Below, one piece after another: positions 1 to 8,792 of a DNA stretch of 20,000 bases. Source of the stretch: an uncultured virus (IMG/VR IMGVR_UViG_3300032326_001267). Taxonomy: Duplodnaviria > Heunggongvirae > Uroviricota > Caudoviricetes. The stretch is taken from IMG/VR virus record IMGVR_UViG_3300032326_001267; one strand, 5' to 3'. Under the pieces are notes generated by a model. That model did not search any database, was not told the origin of the DNA, and saw only the letters and a list, made by a program, of their open reading frames with translations. Within the stretch, counting starts at the first letter, position 1. Each line of letters begins with the position of its first letter. The translations under genes and the position numbers were made by a program.

Positions 1-687
1 TCTTTGATTAACAAAAGCAGATTTTGTTTTTTTTGTAGTATCTTTAATTGCGTCTTCTTTTAGAATAGAAATTATTCTTTTCAACTTAGATTCAATACTT
101 TCATTCACTTTATTATACTTAAACTTCTGTGTCAAGTCTTTAAATAAAGCAATATCATACCATCCAAAGATGAATCTGAAAAACTTTTCTTTTTGTTCAT
201 CAGTGTATTTATCAGATCCCAACATTTGTCTTACAGCGGTACCACTTAAAATTCTACCATCAACCATGGTTTGATTTTCTGGTATAATCAGTACATATCC
301 ACTCTTATTAAGAGGGTCTAATTGGTTTGTGTCTCCCTTGAATGACTTGAAATAACCACCTTGATCTACTTTTAGTCTTTCTGCATCTTTTTGACCCAAT
401 GCAAATATTACACTGGTTTTGTCTGGATCATACTTCTGTGTGATTTCTAATGATTTGTAGGGACTCTTTGTTTGTACAATGTGATCAGGTGCTACACCGT
501 GTCTTACCCAGATTTGTTGTTTTTCACCAAATGTAAGTGGAGAGTCTGGTAGTTCTACTTTACCACTAGTAGAAACGTAGGTGTCATTTCCAGTTATTGA
601 CTTTAAAAAATTAAAGGCATTTAAATGACCTCTGTGTGGTGGGTGAAATCTACCAGGATATATTCCAATTACGCTTTTCAAGTTCAT
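1..687 (-). CDS. Cytidylyltransferase-like (HIGH/HxGH) nucleotidyltransferase; 3' end runs off the window
   Basis: Not in the ORF track; translated manually from ATG at 687, open to position 1: MNLKSVIGIYPGRFHPPHRGHLNAF...SGTAVRQML. It has the GxFxPxHxGH motif and a C-terminal SxTxxR motif of the PPAT/NadM/CTP_transf_like superfamily. Confidence 0.85.
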   Translation of the reverse strand, partial: MNLKSVIGIYPGRFHPPHRGHLNAFNFLKSITGNDTYVSTSGKVELPDSPLTFGEKQQIWVRHGVAPDHIVQTKSPYKSLEITQKYDPDKTSVIFALGQKDAERLKVDQGGYFKSFKGDTNQLDPLNKSGYVLIIPENQTMVDGRILSGTAVRQMLGSDKYTDEQKEKFFRFIFGWYDIALFKDLTQKFKYNKVNESIESKLKRIISILKEDAIKDTTKKTKSAFVNQR

Positions 688-692
688 GTTAT

Positions 693-700
693 ATAAATAT
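693..700 (-). promoter_or_regulatory. Candidate phage late-promoter motif ATATTTAT
   Basis: ATATTTAT on the coding strand 5 nt upstream of the ATG at 687; the same octamer precedes the starts at 1270, 2653 and 18957. Confidence 0.5.
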
Positions 701-723
701 AGTACTTAATTGTTAATGTACAT

Positions 724-753
724 AAAAAAACTCCTTGTTTTATCAAGGAGTTT
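724..753 (-). terminator. Rho-independent terminator after the tail tube gene
   Basis: Perfect 10-bp stem aaactccttg (728-737) / caaggagttt (744-753) with a 6-nt loop. On the minus strand it ends in a run of 7 T and lies about 25 nt after the stop at 779. Confidence 0.85.
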
Positions 754-778
754 AAAAAGGATAAATGTTTTGTTTTTA

Positions 779-1270
779 TTAGTATTGTAGAATACAGTAA
801 TCTACAGATAGAGTCAAACTAATAGTTGCTGGATCACCGCTATCAGTCCAATCCATTTCACCAAAGTCAGCACTGGTGATAAATGCACCCTTTAATGTCC
901 ATTCTTCTACTTTATCACCTACTGGACCTAGAACGTTTACGGTTAGATCTTTCTTATAAAAGTCACTATAACCATCACGGCCGGTTACAGATTCATGGCT
1001 CAAACGTACCCATTCCATTACTGCTTGAGCACCAGATGGTACAATTGGATCATACAATTCCATTGTAATGTTATCCCATGTGGTTTTGCCTTTGTAGTAA
1101 CGTTGGATGTTGATGTGATCCAATGTCTTCTTTTCACTTGTTACTGTTGGTCTCTTGACCTTTCTGATCAAGAAGCTTGGAATACCATCACAGTACAATA
1201 GAAACCTATTTTTAACTTTAGGTTCAAATTGTGTGAAGAATATTTCGTTGGAATTTAGTAAATCTGCCAT
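779..1270 (-). CDS. T4 gp19-like tail tube protein
   Basis: 163 aa with typical tube motifs: FEPKxxNRF, KGKTTWDNITMELYD, VMEW, YKKDLTVNVLGPVGDKVEEWTLKGAF, LTLSVDY. AAGGA Shine-Dalgarno upstream. Confidence 0.9.
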   Translation of the reverse strand: MADLLNSNEIFFTQFEPKVKNRFLLYCDGIPSFLIRKVKRPTVTSEKKTLDHINIQRYYKGKTTWDNITMELYDPIVPSGAQAVMEWVRLSHESVTGRDGYSDFYKKDLTVNVLGPVGDKVEEWTLKGAFITSADFGEMDWTDSGDPATISLTLSVDYCILQY

Positions 1271-1300
1271 ATTTTTTTATCCTTAAATAAGTTCTATTGT

Positions 1301-1308
1301 ATAAATAT
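1301..1308 (-). promoter_or_regulatory. Candidate phage late-promoter motif ATATTTAT
   Basis: 30 nt upstream of the tail tube ATG, in an intergenic spacer. Confidence 0.5.
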
Positions 1309-1337
1309 AATGAACAATTTGTTTTTATATAAATTTT

Positions 1338-2021
1338 TCAAGATTCTTTTAAACTTGCCTTTTTATCAAATATCTGATTGATACCATTTCTGAGTTTGTC
1401 TAGGTGACCTCTGGATCTTAATACTTTAAAAACAATATTCTCTGTACTAAATTCTCCAGACTTGTTTAACCCTACTTCTCTCATATCATACAAATCTTTT
1501 AAAACCTTCTTTAACTTAACCAAACTTTCAGATTCTAGTGCGTTTTTAATTTTCAACACCATATCACTGTATTTTTGTTGGATTTGTTCTTTATCCAATT
1601 CAAAATTTTCCTTCTTTGGTTCTGTCACCCATTTGTTATTTAACAATGAATAAACTCCAGTGGATCTGTTTTTCTTAGAAATGTCTTGAATGTATACTTC
1701 AACGTTAAATCCTTTAACATGAATGTCATGGTCTTCATTCCATTTACCTTTAATGGCATTTACCATCTTTTCAACCATTTCTACATCTTCAGATACGTCT
1801 TTGAAATCTATGACTATATGAATGTCAATATCACTAAAATCTGACCAGTTATAATTTGCGCTGCTACCAACCATTATAATATCTTTAACTGGAGCGGTTA
1901 ATTCTGTATCCTTGTAGAAGGACTGTCCTATAGACTTTAAAGATTCAGCTACATCTGGTTTTAGTTTTAAACCATCCCAAAGAGCTGGATTTAGAGTATT
2001 ATTATAGATTCTTACTTTCAT
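1338..2021 (-). CDS. Pol-beta superfamily nucleotidyltransferase
   Basis: hGS...DxD signature (MVGSSANYNWSDFSDIDIHIV) and a third acidic strand (VEVYIQD); ATGA overlap with the upstream gene. Confidence 0.8.
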   Translation of the reverse strand: MKVRIYNNTLNPALWDGLKLKPDVAESLKSIGQSFYKDTELTAPVKDIIMVGSSANYNWSDFSDIDIHIVIDFKDVSEDVEMVEKMVNAIKGKWNEDHDIHVKGFNVEVYIQDISKKNRSTGVYSLLNNKWVTEPKKENFELDKEQIQQKYSDMVLKIKNALESESLVKLKKVLKDLYDMREVGLNKSGEFSTENIVFKVLRSRGHLDKLRNGINQIFDKKASLKES

Positions 2022-2653
2022 ATATTAGAATAACTATAACCAAATGATTCTGGCAATTGATTTATTAACAATTGTAAACCAGATAATGTACTTGACGCAT
2101 TTGTATGTATAATACCTTTACCACCAGCAGTTTCAAATGATTCTACATTTTTAGGCAAATCATCAATTAAACAGCTATTTGGTTTAGCAAATCTACCTTT
2201 TCCTCTACCTGAACCGCTGAAGTTAACTTTTAAGCCAGACCAATTGTTACTTAACCACTGTAATTTACCTTTTTCTATATTTCTAATGATATCTTTGGCT
2301 TCTTCTCTTGGGTGGTTTTTAAGAATCCAGTTACCGCTAGTGCTTGTTAAAACTTGTAGATCTAGATTGTTATCATTAACAATTTTAACTATACCAGCTT
2401 TAAGTTGATCAAAATCAGGCATTTTTTGCATGCTTGACCAAAACAATTCACCTTTATCAGCAATTGCATCCCAAAACTTTAAAGTGCCATATTGAGATTC
2501 AAATTCTTTAGGTGATGATCCTATCATTTGAGCAAATTGTAAATCAAAATTGCACATCACACCATCCATGTCACAAAATACAATAAATGGTTCAGATTGC
2601 TCCAAGAGGTTAGCATCCCAAACTTCAGGTAAAAGCGCTTTAAGCTTGATCAT
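2018..2653 (-). CDS. HAD-superfamily phosphatase, 5'(3')-deoxyribonucleotidase-like
   Basis: Motif I FCDMDGVMCNF, motif II VLTS, K in GKGRFAK, motif IV LIDD, and C-terminal AGGKGIIH typical of phage NT5C-like proteins. Confidence 0.85.
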   Translation of the reverse strand: MIKLKALLPEVWDANLLEQSEPFIVFCDMDGVMCNFDLQFAQMIGSSPKEFESQYGTLKFWDAIADKGELFWSSMQKMPDFDQLKAGIVKIVNDNNLDLQVLTSTSGNWILKNHPREEAKDIIRNIEKGKLQWLSNNWSGLKVNFSGSGRGKGRFAKPNSCLIDDLPKNVESFETAGGKGIIHTNASSTLSGLQLLINQLPESFGYSYSNI

Positions 2654-2659
2654 AATAAA

Positions 2660-2667
2660 ATAAATAT
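2660..2667 (-). promoter_or_regulatory. Candidate phage late-promoter motif ATATTTAT
   Basis: 6 nt upstream of the ATG at 2653. Confidence 0.45.
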
Positions 2668-2684
2668 CAGCAGGTTAAAATAAG

Positions 2685-2713
2685 TTGACTTAAATGTATA
2701 AAAAGCATATATT
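2685..2713 (+). promoter_or_regulatory. Sigma70-like promoter TTGACT-N17-TATATT
   Basis: 5/6 match at each hexamer with 17-nt spacing; no + strand ORF follows. Confidence 0.45.
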
Positions 2714-2813
2714 AAAAGCGCAACATTTATATATAAAAAAGCATTAAGCATTTATTATAATAATAAAGCAACCGCAATATAAAAAGCGCTGCGCTCCTGA
2801 TAATTGTAAAAGT

Positions 2814-3092
2814 TTACTTAGGATTTGGTATAAAAGTACCATTTTTTAGATTTAGTGAACCTTCACCATATTTGGTTGTGATGGAGTTTAACCACTCATC
2901 TTCATCTTTTTGAATCTTTTCATAGTTGGTTCTAAGGTTAGATTCAACTTGAGATAGTTCTTTGATTTTTGCATCTAGTGTCATTTTATCTAGATACAAT
3001 TGACCAAATGACATAATATTCTCTTGAAAGCTCAATTGAATATTTTTTAATGCATCTAATTCTTGTTGTGTAAATTTGATAGGTTCTGACAT
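2814..3092 (-). CDS. Hypothetical small coiled-coil phage protein
   Basis: 92-aa ATG ORF with a heptad-like helical body and a C-terminal KYGEGSLNLKNGTFIP hairpin; function not recognised. Confidence 0.8.
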   Translation of the reverse strand: MSEPIKFTQQELDALKNIQLSFQENIMSFGQLYLDKMTLDAKIKELSQVESNLRTNYEKIQKDEDEWLNSITTKYGEGSLNLKNGTFIPNPK

Positions 3093-3109
3093 ATAAAATA
3101 TATAGGGGT

Positions 3110-3946
3110 TTATTTAATTATTGAAATATTATTTTTTATCTTTTCAAACACATCATGTGGTGATATGCTAGTGGTACATTCAAACATTCTTTTTGTGTTT
3201 TTATGATTTGGACACCAATTCCAATCATGTTTGTCAAACGGTTTTTCATTTAAACATCCGTGACAAACTGATTCATTGTCAACTCTTACTATATTGGTGG
3301 TAAACTCACACCATTTTTTTGTTACATTTGTAATCAACACAACCTTTTTCCCAACAGCATGAGCTAACCAACTTAATCCGTTTGAAGTGCCTATATGAAA
3401 TTCTGCGTGATTCATATAATGTGTAGACTCTAATAGTGATATACCAGTTTTATCAATTGCGCCCGCAGGAATTGTGTTATAACAGTCTTTTGTTCCGTAA
3501 CTACTGTACATATCAACACAGACTGCAGTTAAACCATAACGTTGTTTCAATAGATTCAAAAGTATGTTCCATCCTTTTTTTGCATTCCAATATCTTCCTT
3601 GATGAGTTGACTGGGTTGAAATAGTAAAGTATTTTTCTTTAATTGGTCTTTCTTTTATTACCGTAGCAACTTTAGCACAGGTTTCTTCAAATGGTAAACC
3701 CAACAAATCAGACGCATACTTTTCAAGAGGTTGGTCTAAGTTAACATGCAAAACTTTCAATTCATCATATTTGACAGGTTCATCAAAACTAATATTTGGA
3801 TAAACGGTCTTAAACAATTCAACATACTTTGAATTTATAATAAAATGTACGTTGTGATTTGTTAATTTCTGATACTTGTCAACTTGTCCAATCGACGCAA
3901 TTGTGTCACCCAAAGAACTTGTTGTTAACTCTATTTTAATTGTCAT
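3110..3946 (-). CDS. Aah/TibC-like (GT9-related, GT-B) heptosyltransferase lacking the N-terminal barrel domain
   Basis: SSLGDT, STQSTHQGRYW, HAEFHIGTSNGLSWLAHAVGKKVVLI and the four-Cys motif CHGC...WCP...FEC. Start moved from the TTG at 3967 to the ATG at 3946, which overlaps the upstream stop (ATGA). Confidence 0.8.
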   Translation of the reverse strand: MTIKIELTTSSLGDTIASIGQVDKYQKLTNHNVHFIINSKYVELFKTVYPNISFDEPVKYDELKVLHVNLDQPLEKYASDLLGLPFEETCAKVATVIKERPIKEKYFTISTQSTHQGRYWNAKKGWNILLNLLKQRYGLTAVCVDMYSSYGTKDCYNTIPAGAIDKTGISLLESTHYMNHAEFHIGTSNGLSWLAHAVGKKVVLITNVTKKWCEFTTNIVRVDNESVCHGCLNEKPFDKHDWNWCPNHKNTKRMFECTTSISPHDVFEKIKNNISIIK

Positions 3947-4881
3947 AAATTTACTTTTTTGAAACAAAAGTGATCTTCCTTTTCATTAAATAGTCTCAAC
4001 TTAAAATATGGATATTTTAATATTCCATCAAAAATTATATAACTAGTTGTACGAATTGGATTCATATTAATTGCGTAATCACCAAAAGTATGAAGCAACG
4101 TTTGTTCATAGTCATTTATACCATAAAGTTCTATAGTATATATGCCTGATGCATCCAAATCATAATGAATTGCGTCTCCATATTGAAACAGTAATGACAT
4201 CTTATTATTTTGTTCTCTTGTATAAGCATTCACCAATCTCTTATATTTTGTTGGTGTATCACTTCCTGCGTGATAAACAAACAATGTGTTTTCAGAAAGA
4301 AAGTGATAACGATATGGAATTATTTTTATATTGTTTGTTATAACTGGTTTGGTTATATCAAAATATTCCATGTTTATCAAATTGTCATCAGTTAATGTTT
4401 GTCTAATAAAATGGTCCATGACAGTTTGTTCATGGAAAAATTCATAATTATATTTCCCACTGTTATCCCAAATATAATTTAAAGTATCTATTGACCATTG
4501 AGAATTTTTCCATATCATGAATCCTGTACTAGTCATTGTGTACATCCTTCTATCAGATTCTGAAGGTGGATTCTTTGAAATAACTAAATCAATTCCGTCA
4601 TCAATAAAATCTTCAATTTTTATGTTTTTTAGAAATATTGCATCTGCGTCTATCCAAACAACATAATCATAGTTAGGTAAGTGTTTTTTTATTAATGGAA
4701 TCTTCAACCATGTATTTTGTCTATCAGACAACTCAGTTTCAGATATTTCACATACAAAACTATAATTGTGTCTATTTGCATATTTTAAGTTTACTTCTGC
4801 GCAAAATTTACCAAAATCACAATTACCATAATTGTTCCAAACTACTTTTTTTGTAAATGCGGTTAATATTAAAATATTCAT
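3943..4881 (-). CDS. GT34-like (GMA12/MNN10 galactosyl/mannosyltransferase family) glycosyltransferase with C-terminal extension
   Basis: YANRHNYSF, WLKIPLIKKHL, YDYVVWIDADAIF (DxD), TGFMIWKNSQWS, HEQT, VYHAG. Confidence 0.75.
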   Translation of the reverse strand: MNILILTAFTKKVVWNNYGNCDFGKFCAEVNLKYANRHNYSFVCEISETELSDRQNTWLKIPLIKKHLPNYDYVVWIDADAIFLKNIKIEDFIDDGIDLVISKNPPSESDRRMYTMTSTGFMIWKNSQWSIDTLNYIWDNSGKYNYEFFHEQTVMDHFIRQTLTDDNLINMEYFDITKPVITNNIKIIPYRYHFLSENTLFVYHAGSDTPTKYKRLVNAYTREQNNKMSLLFQYGDAIHYDLDASGIYTIELYGINDYEQTLLHTFGDYAINMNPIRTTSYIIFDGILKYPYFKLRLFNEKEDHFCFKKVNL

Positions 4882-4882
4882 T

Positions 4883-5977
4883 TTATTTATGATATAAAAT
4901 TTTTTCTATATTGTCAATTATCATTTTTGGTGTTATTGATTTAGAACATTCATATGCTCTATCTGTATTTTTAAGTTTTGGACACCACCACCAATCTGTT
5001 CTATCAAAATCATATCTATCATCACTCCAACATCCATGACACACATTTTTGTTTATTACTCTAAATGGAGTGAAAAATTCAGTTGTTTCTTTGCTCATTC
5101 CACTAACCAATATACATGGTTTGTTTAAACACCATGCTAACCAACTCATACCAGATGAAAGACCTATAAAAAATTCACTATTATATAACAAATTAATAGG
5201 TTCATTTAAATCAACTGAGTTACATAATTCAATGTCCAGATCAGGATCATTTATCAGATCCACAGATTCTTTTTGTAAAACTACTACCTTATATCCTTTA
5301 GAATTTAAGTATAAAACAATTTCTTTCCATCCGTTTGTATATTGCCATTCTTTACAAAAAGCGGTTGATTTTGTAGATATACAAACATATTTTTTATCAA
5401 TTTTTCTTGCTTTGTTTTGTACTTTTAATGGTGGAATAAGTTCTTCAAATTTTAACCCTAATATGTTTGCACAGATTTCTTGATTGTTTAATGACTTCCA
5501 TTTAACTTTATTACCATTTTTATTTTCAAAGCATCCTATTGGATATGCTGCGTACAAACCGTGAATAGAAGTACCGGGTTCAACAAAATTAATATCAGGA
5601 TAAATGTCTTTGAAAAGATAATTGAAAAAAGTTGAACAGTACATTATACAGTTGTGTTTTTTTCTAAATTCTTCTACATATGGAATCCATCCTAAATTGT
5701 CACCCAATGAATTGCTATCAAACCATATATAAACACGTTTACCACTTGGATTGTAATCAATCTCATCAACTATTAATTTTGATTTGAAATCAATAATTCT
5801 TATTTTATAATCAATGAAATAAGTATATGAACTCTTACACCACATATTGGATGTAATAACATCATCATACATGATTTTGTTTGTGTCTTTATCTATAAAC
5901 TGAACATAGTACTTATTATCTACATCAGATAGTATTTCACAAAAAGCTCCATCTACAAAATTTATATTATACTTCAT
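4883..5977 (-). CDS. Autotransporter O-heptosyltransferase-like protein (Aah/TibC family), full length
   Basis: N-terminal NFVDGAFCEI beta domain, GKRVYIWFDSNSLGDNLGWIPYVEEFRKKHNC, STAFCKEW, FFIGLSSGMSWLAW, TEFFTPFRVINKNVCHGCW...WCP...YECSKSITP (iron-finger cysteines). Confidence 0.88.
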   Translation of the reverse strand: MKYNINFVDGAFCEILSDVDNKYYVQFIDKDTNKIMYDDVITSNMWCKSSYTYFIDYKIRIIDFKSKLIVDEIDYNPSGKRVYIWFDSNSLGDNLGWIPYVEEFRKKHNCIMYCSTFFNYLFKDIYPDINFVEPGTSIHGLYAAYPIGCFENKNGNKVKWKSLNNQEICANILGLKFEELIPPLKVQNKARKIDKKYVCISTKSTAFCKEWQYTNGWKEIVLYLNSKGYKVVVLQKESVDLINDPDLDIELCNSVDLNEPINLLYNSEFFIGLSSGMSWLAWCLNKPCILVSGMSKETTEFFTPFRVINKNVCHGCWSDDRYDFDRTDWWWCPKLKNTDRAYECSKSITPKMIIDNIEKILYHK

Positions 5978-7148
5978 GTTTGATTGTAAAAATTATGTGT
6001 CTGAAATAAGAGTAATATGAAAAATAAGGAAAATAAGTAGATATATTTGACTTGAATTTATTCAATTTTTCAGTCAAAAACGCATCTCTTGATGAAATAT
6101 TAGGGTGTATATTTTCATTTAAATAGTATAAATTTATATGCATTTTTCTATTGAATATCTTTAATTGACTCAATAAACTACAAAAACTATCTTCACTTTC
6201 AAAATAGTTTAACACAATTGCATACTGTTCAAAACCACTGTATTTGTTAAAATCAATCTGTTTATCAATATATACGTTTTTAATTTTATTCTGTTGATCT
6301 ACACTTAATCTTGGAGATATAACGCATACGTTTTTGTTTAATTCATTTATGTCAAAGTATATCAGTGAATTAAATTCTTTATAACACTCATTATAATCAT
6401 ATATAGGTTCATATGAATTGGTTTTACATTTATCATATCCAACGTCAAAGTTTCCGTTAAAATTGTCCTTTACTGCAGAATGTGATTCAGAGTCTGTTCT
6501 ATAACTCCATCTGTACAAGTTTCTTGGAACATGTAACCACTTTCCAAATCCATTTGAGTACATTGTGTGATATGAATCTTCTGCGCATGCATCAAAGTCT
6601 TTTATCTCAAAATTCAATTCTTTTAAATTTTTAAAACATCTTCCGTGACCAAGACAATAATAATTCAAGTTATTCAAATAATCTACCGTTGGATGAAAGT
6701 GTTCTAGTTTTTTATGTAAAACGTCATCATTTCTGATAAAACCAATAGAATGAACTTGGTTATCAGATTCATTCATTTTTTTATAATCACATGATAAAAG
6801 TGCAACGTCTGGGTATTTTTTTGCTAAATGATTATAAACAGTCAATATGTTAAGATCTACTAAATCATCACTATCAACCAACAGAATGTATTCATAGTCA
6901 GATGGAATCATAGAATTTGGTTTCCAATACATTTGTTTTTTATATTGTTGTTCCAAATATACAATTCTGTCATTTCCTTTAATTTTGTTTAATAACAGTT
7001 GTTTGGTGTTATCAGGACTAAAATCATCAGTAACAAACCAAGTCCAATTAGAATAATTGATTGACATTAAGTTATCATAAATCTGATCTATATAACGCTC
7101 AGATTTATAAAATGATGTATAAATTGCAAACTTTAATTCTGTGTTCAT
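5967..7148 (-). CDS. GT2/GT-A glycosyltransferase with C-terminal extension
   Basis: FAIYTSFYKSERYI, WFVTDDFSPDNT, LLVDSDD, AEDS motifs. Confidence 0.85.
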   Translation of the reverse strand: MNTELKFAIYTSFYKSERYIDQIYDNLMSINYSNWTWFVTDDFSPDNTKQLLLNKIKGNDRIVYLEQQYKKQMYWKPNSMIPSDYEYILLVDSDDLVDLNILTVYNHLAKKYPDVALLSCDYKKMNESDNQVHSIGFIRNDDVLHKKLEHFHPTVDYLNNLNYYCLGHGRCFKNLKELNFEIKDFDACAEDSYHTMYSNGFGKWLHVPRNLYRWSYRTDSESHSAVKDNFNGNFDVGYDKCKTNSYEPIYDYNECYKEFNSLIYFDINELNKNVCVISPRLSVDQQNKIKNVYIDKQIDFNKYSGFEQYAIVLNYFESEDSFCSLLSQLKIFNRKMHINLYYLNENIHPNISSRDAFLTEKLNKFKSNISTYFPYFSYYSYFRHIIFTIKHEV

Positions 7149-8140
7149 AACAAATTTGTTTTAAATAAATAGGTAATTGTTTTAGTTACATCTTCTACTG
7201 AAGAATGACATTCAAATGTAGGTTTGTTTTCTAAACATTCAGTCAACGGTGGCACATTATTCATGGTACCCCATTCTCTAACCCCATATTTCATATTATT
7301 TGTACAAAACAGATCACATTTTCCTTTTACATATAGATACTTGTAATTCCGTGTTCCTTTTCTATACGGTGAAGAAAATCTTGGGTCTTTTGCACTTCCT
7401 AATTGAAGTATAAATGTATCAGTAGTACCAGCAAGATGTAACAAACCAGAATCAAGAGTAATAAATAATTTTGCATTGTTCAATAAATGCCATGTATCAC
7501 TCAAATCTAATTGGTCTGCTAAATCTAATCCGTATAAATTATTGAACTTTTTTATGTGTTTTTCTGTTACTAAATTTACCTCTTGTTGAACAGTTGTTTT
7601 GCCTGTTATCACAGTAAAAATGTTATTTTTTGCCAAAAAGTCAACAAGTAGTTGCCAGTTTTCATATTTCCAAGTTCTGTTGGACCAGTTAGTGGACGGG
7701 TGAATAACTACATAGTCTTTTGGTAATTGTACGGTATTTGAATATTTATTTGGAAAAAAGTCACAATGCAATTCATCATCAAACAATTGAAATCCCAAAT
7801 CATTTGCATGAATTTGACGCAAATCTACTAATTGAAATTTTCTTTCTACACCAAATTGATTTTTTTGACCCGGTAAAACGTAAGTTTGAAAATACTCAAT
7901 TTCATTATTTATTAGATGATTCCAATCTTTATTTTTGAATTTTTCATTGAATTCTTCATAACTATACAGTTTGTCAATATAAGGATTGTTAATCCAAATT
8001 CTTTTTGTTTCACTAGGAACAACCACATTTATTTTTTTGTTGTACACAAAAAACATTTTACGTAATGATGGTGTTGCACATAGAGTGTCTCCAAGAGTTC
8101 TACAGTTGACTGATAAATAAACATCTCTAGGTTGGATCAT
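7145..8140 (-). CDS. GT9-family (ADP-heptose heptosyltransferase-like) glycosyltransferase
   Basis: TLGDTLCATPSLR, NNPYID, YVVIHPSTNWSNRTW, AKLFITLDSGLLHLAGTT; four Cys near the C-terminus (CDLFC...C...FEC). Confidence 0.85.
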   Translation of the reverse strand: MIQPRDVYLSVNCRTLGDTLCATPSLRKMFFVYNKKINVVVPSETKRIWINNPYIDKLYSYEEFNEKFKNKDWNHLINNEIEYFQTYVLPGQKNQFGVERKFQLVDLRQIHANDLGFQLFDDELHCDFFPNKYSNTVQLPKDYVVIHPSTNWSNRTWKYENWQLLVDFLAKNNIFTVITGKTTVQQEVNLVTEKHIKKFNNLYGLDLADQLDLSDTWHLLNNAKLFITLDSGLLHLAGTTDTFILQLGSAKDPRFSSPYRKGTRNYKYLYVKGKCDLFCTNNMKYGVREWGTMNNVPPLTECLENKPTFECHSSVEDVTKTITYLFKTNLL

Positions 8141-8219
8141 AACAGATATTACATATAAAAATTTAAATTAAAAAAATCAATTTATCCCAAATAAAAATAC
8201 GTATAATCATAGGTTACAG

Positions 8220-8792
8220 ATGAAAAATTTATACCACATAGTTACTAGATTTACGAGAAGTGATATCAAATGGTTAGATAATTGTTATAAAAGTATTATA
8301 AATAATGATATAAACTATAAGTGGTATATAATTGGCACTGAAGATTATGTTGACGTTTCTAAATATAAAAACACAACATATTTAAAGTTTCCTAATAAAC
8401 CCAATTGGAAAAATCTATGCAACTACTATTTGGATGTAGTACCAGATGAAGGTCAGTGGTTTTTCATATTAGATGATGATAATTTATTGCACCCAAACTT
8501 TAATAGGTTAGATGACAAAATACATTCTAATACTAAATTGGTAATAATGAGCCAACTGTATGAACCAGATAGAGTGAGAGTTGCATGTGAACAAAACATA
8601 ATGGTCCAAAAAATTGATATGGCACAGTTTTGTATCAAAAGAGAGATAATTAATGATTTGAGATTTTGGGAAATATATAGAGGTGATGGTTATTTTATTA
8701 TGGAACTATACATAAGATGTAGAGAGTATGGAATACAATCACAAATATTTACTGAAGTTTTTTCCTACTATAACGCACAACATTGGATATGA
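8220..8792 (+). CDS. Small GT-A fold (GT2-like) glycosyltransferase
   Basis: YHIVTRFTR start strand, WFFILDDDNLLHP (DxD), IDMAQF, GDGYFI, SYYN. Confidence 0.7.
   Translation: MKNLYHIVTRFTRSDIKWLDNCYKSIINNDINYKWYIIGTEDYVDVSKYKNTTYLKFPNKPNWKNLCNYYLDVVPDEGQWFFILDDDNLLHPNFNRLDDKIHSNTKLVIMSQLYEPDRVRVACEQNIMVQKIDMAQFCIKREIINDLRFWEIYRGDGYFIMELYIRCREYGIQSQIFTEVFSYYNAQHWI

Noticed and set aside
1338..2021. CBASS CD-NTase or MNT-HEPN toxin-antitoxin
   Set aside because: Only the generic GS...DxD motif is present; the protein is short for a CD-NTase and has no adjacent effector or HEPN partner.
8141..8219. Sigma70 promoters in the divergent gap
   Set aside because: Only half-sites (TATAAT at 8202-8207 on +; TTGATT-N17-TATATG on -) occur in very AT-rich DNA, too weak to call.
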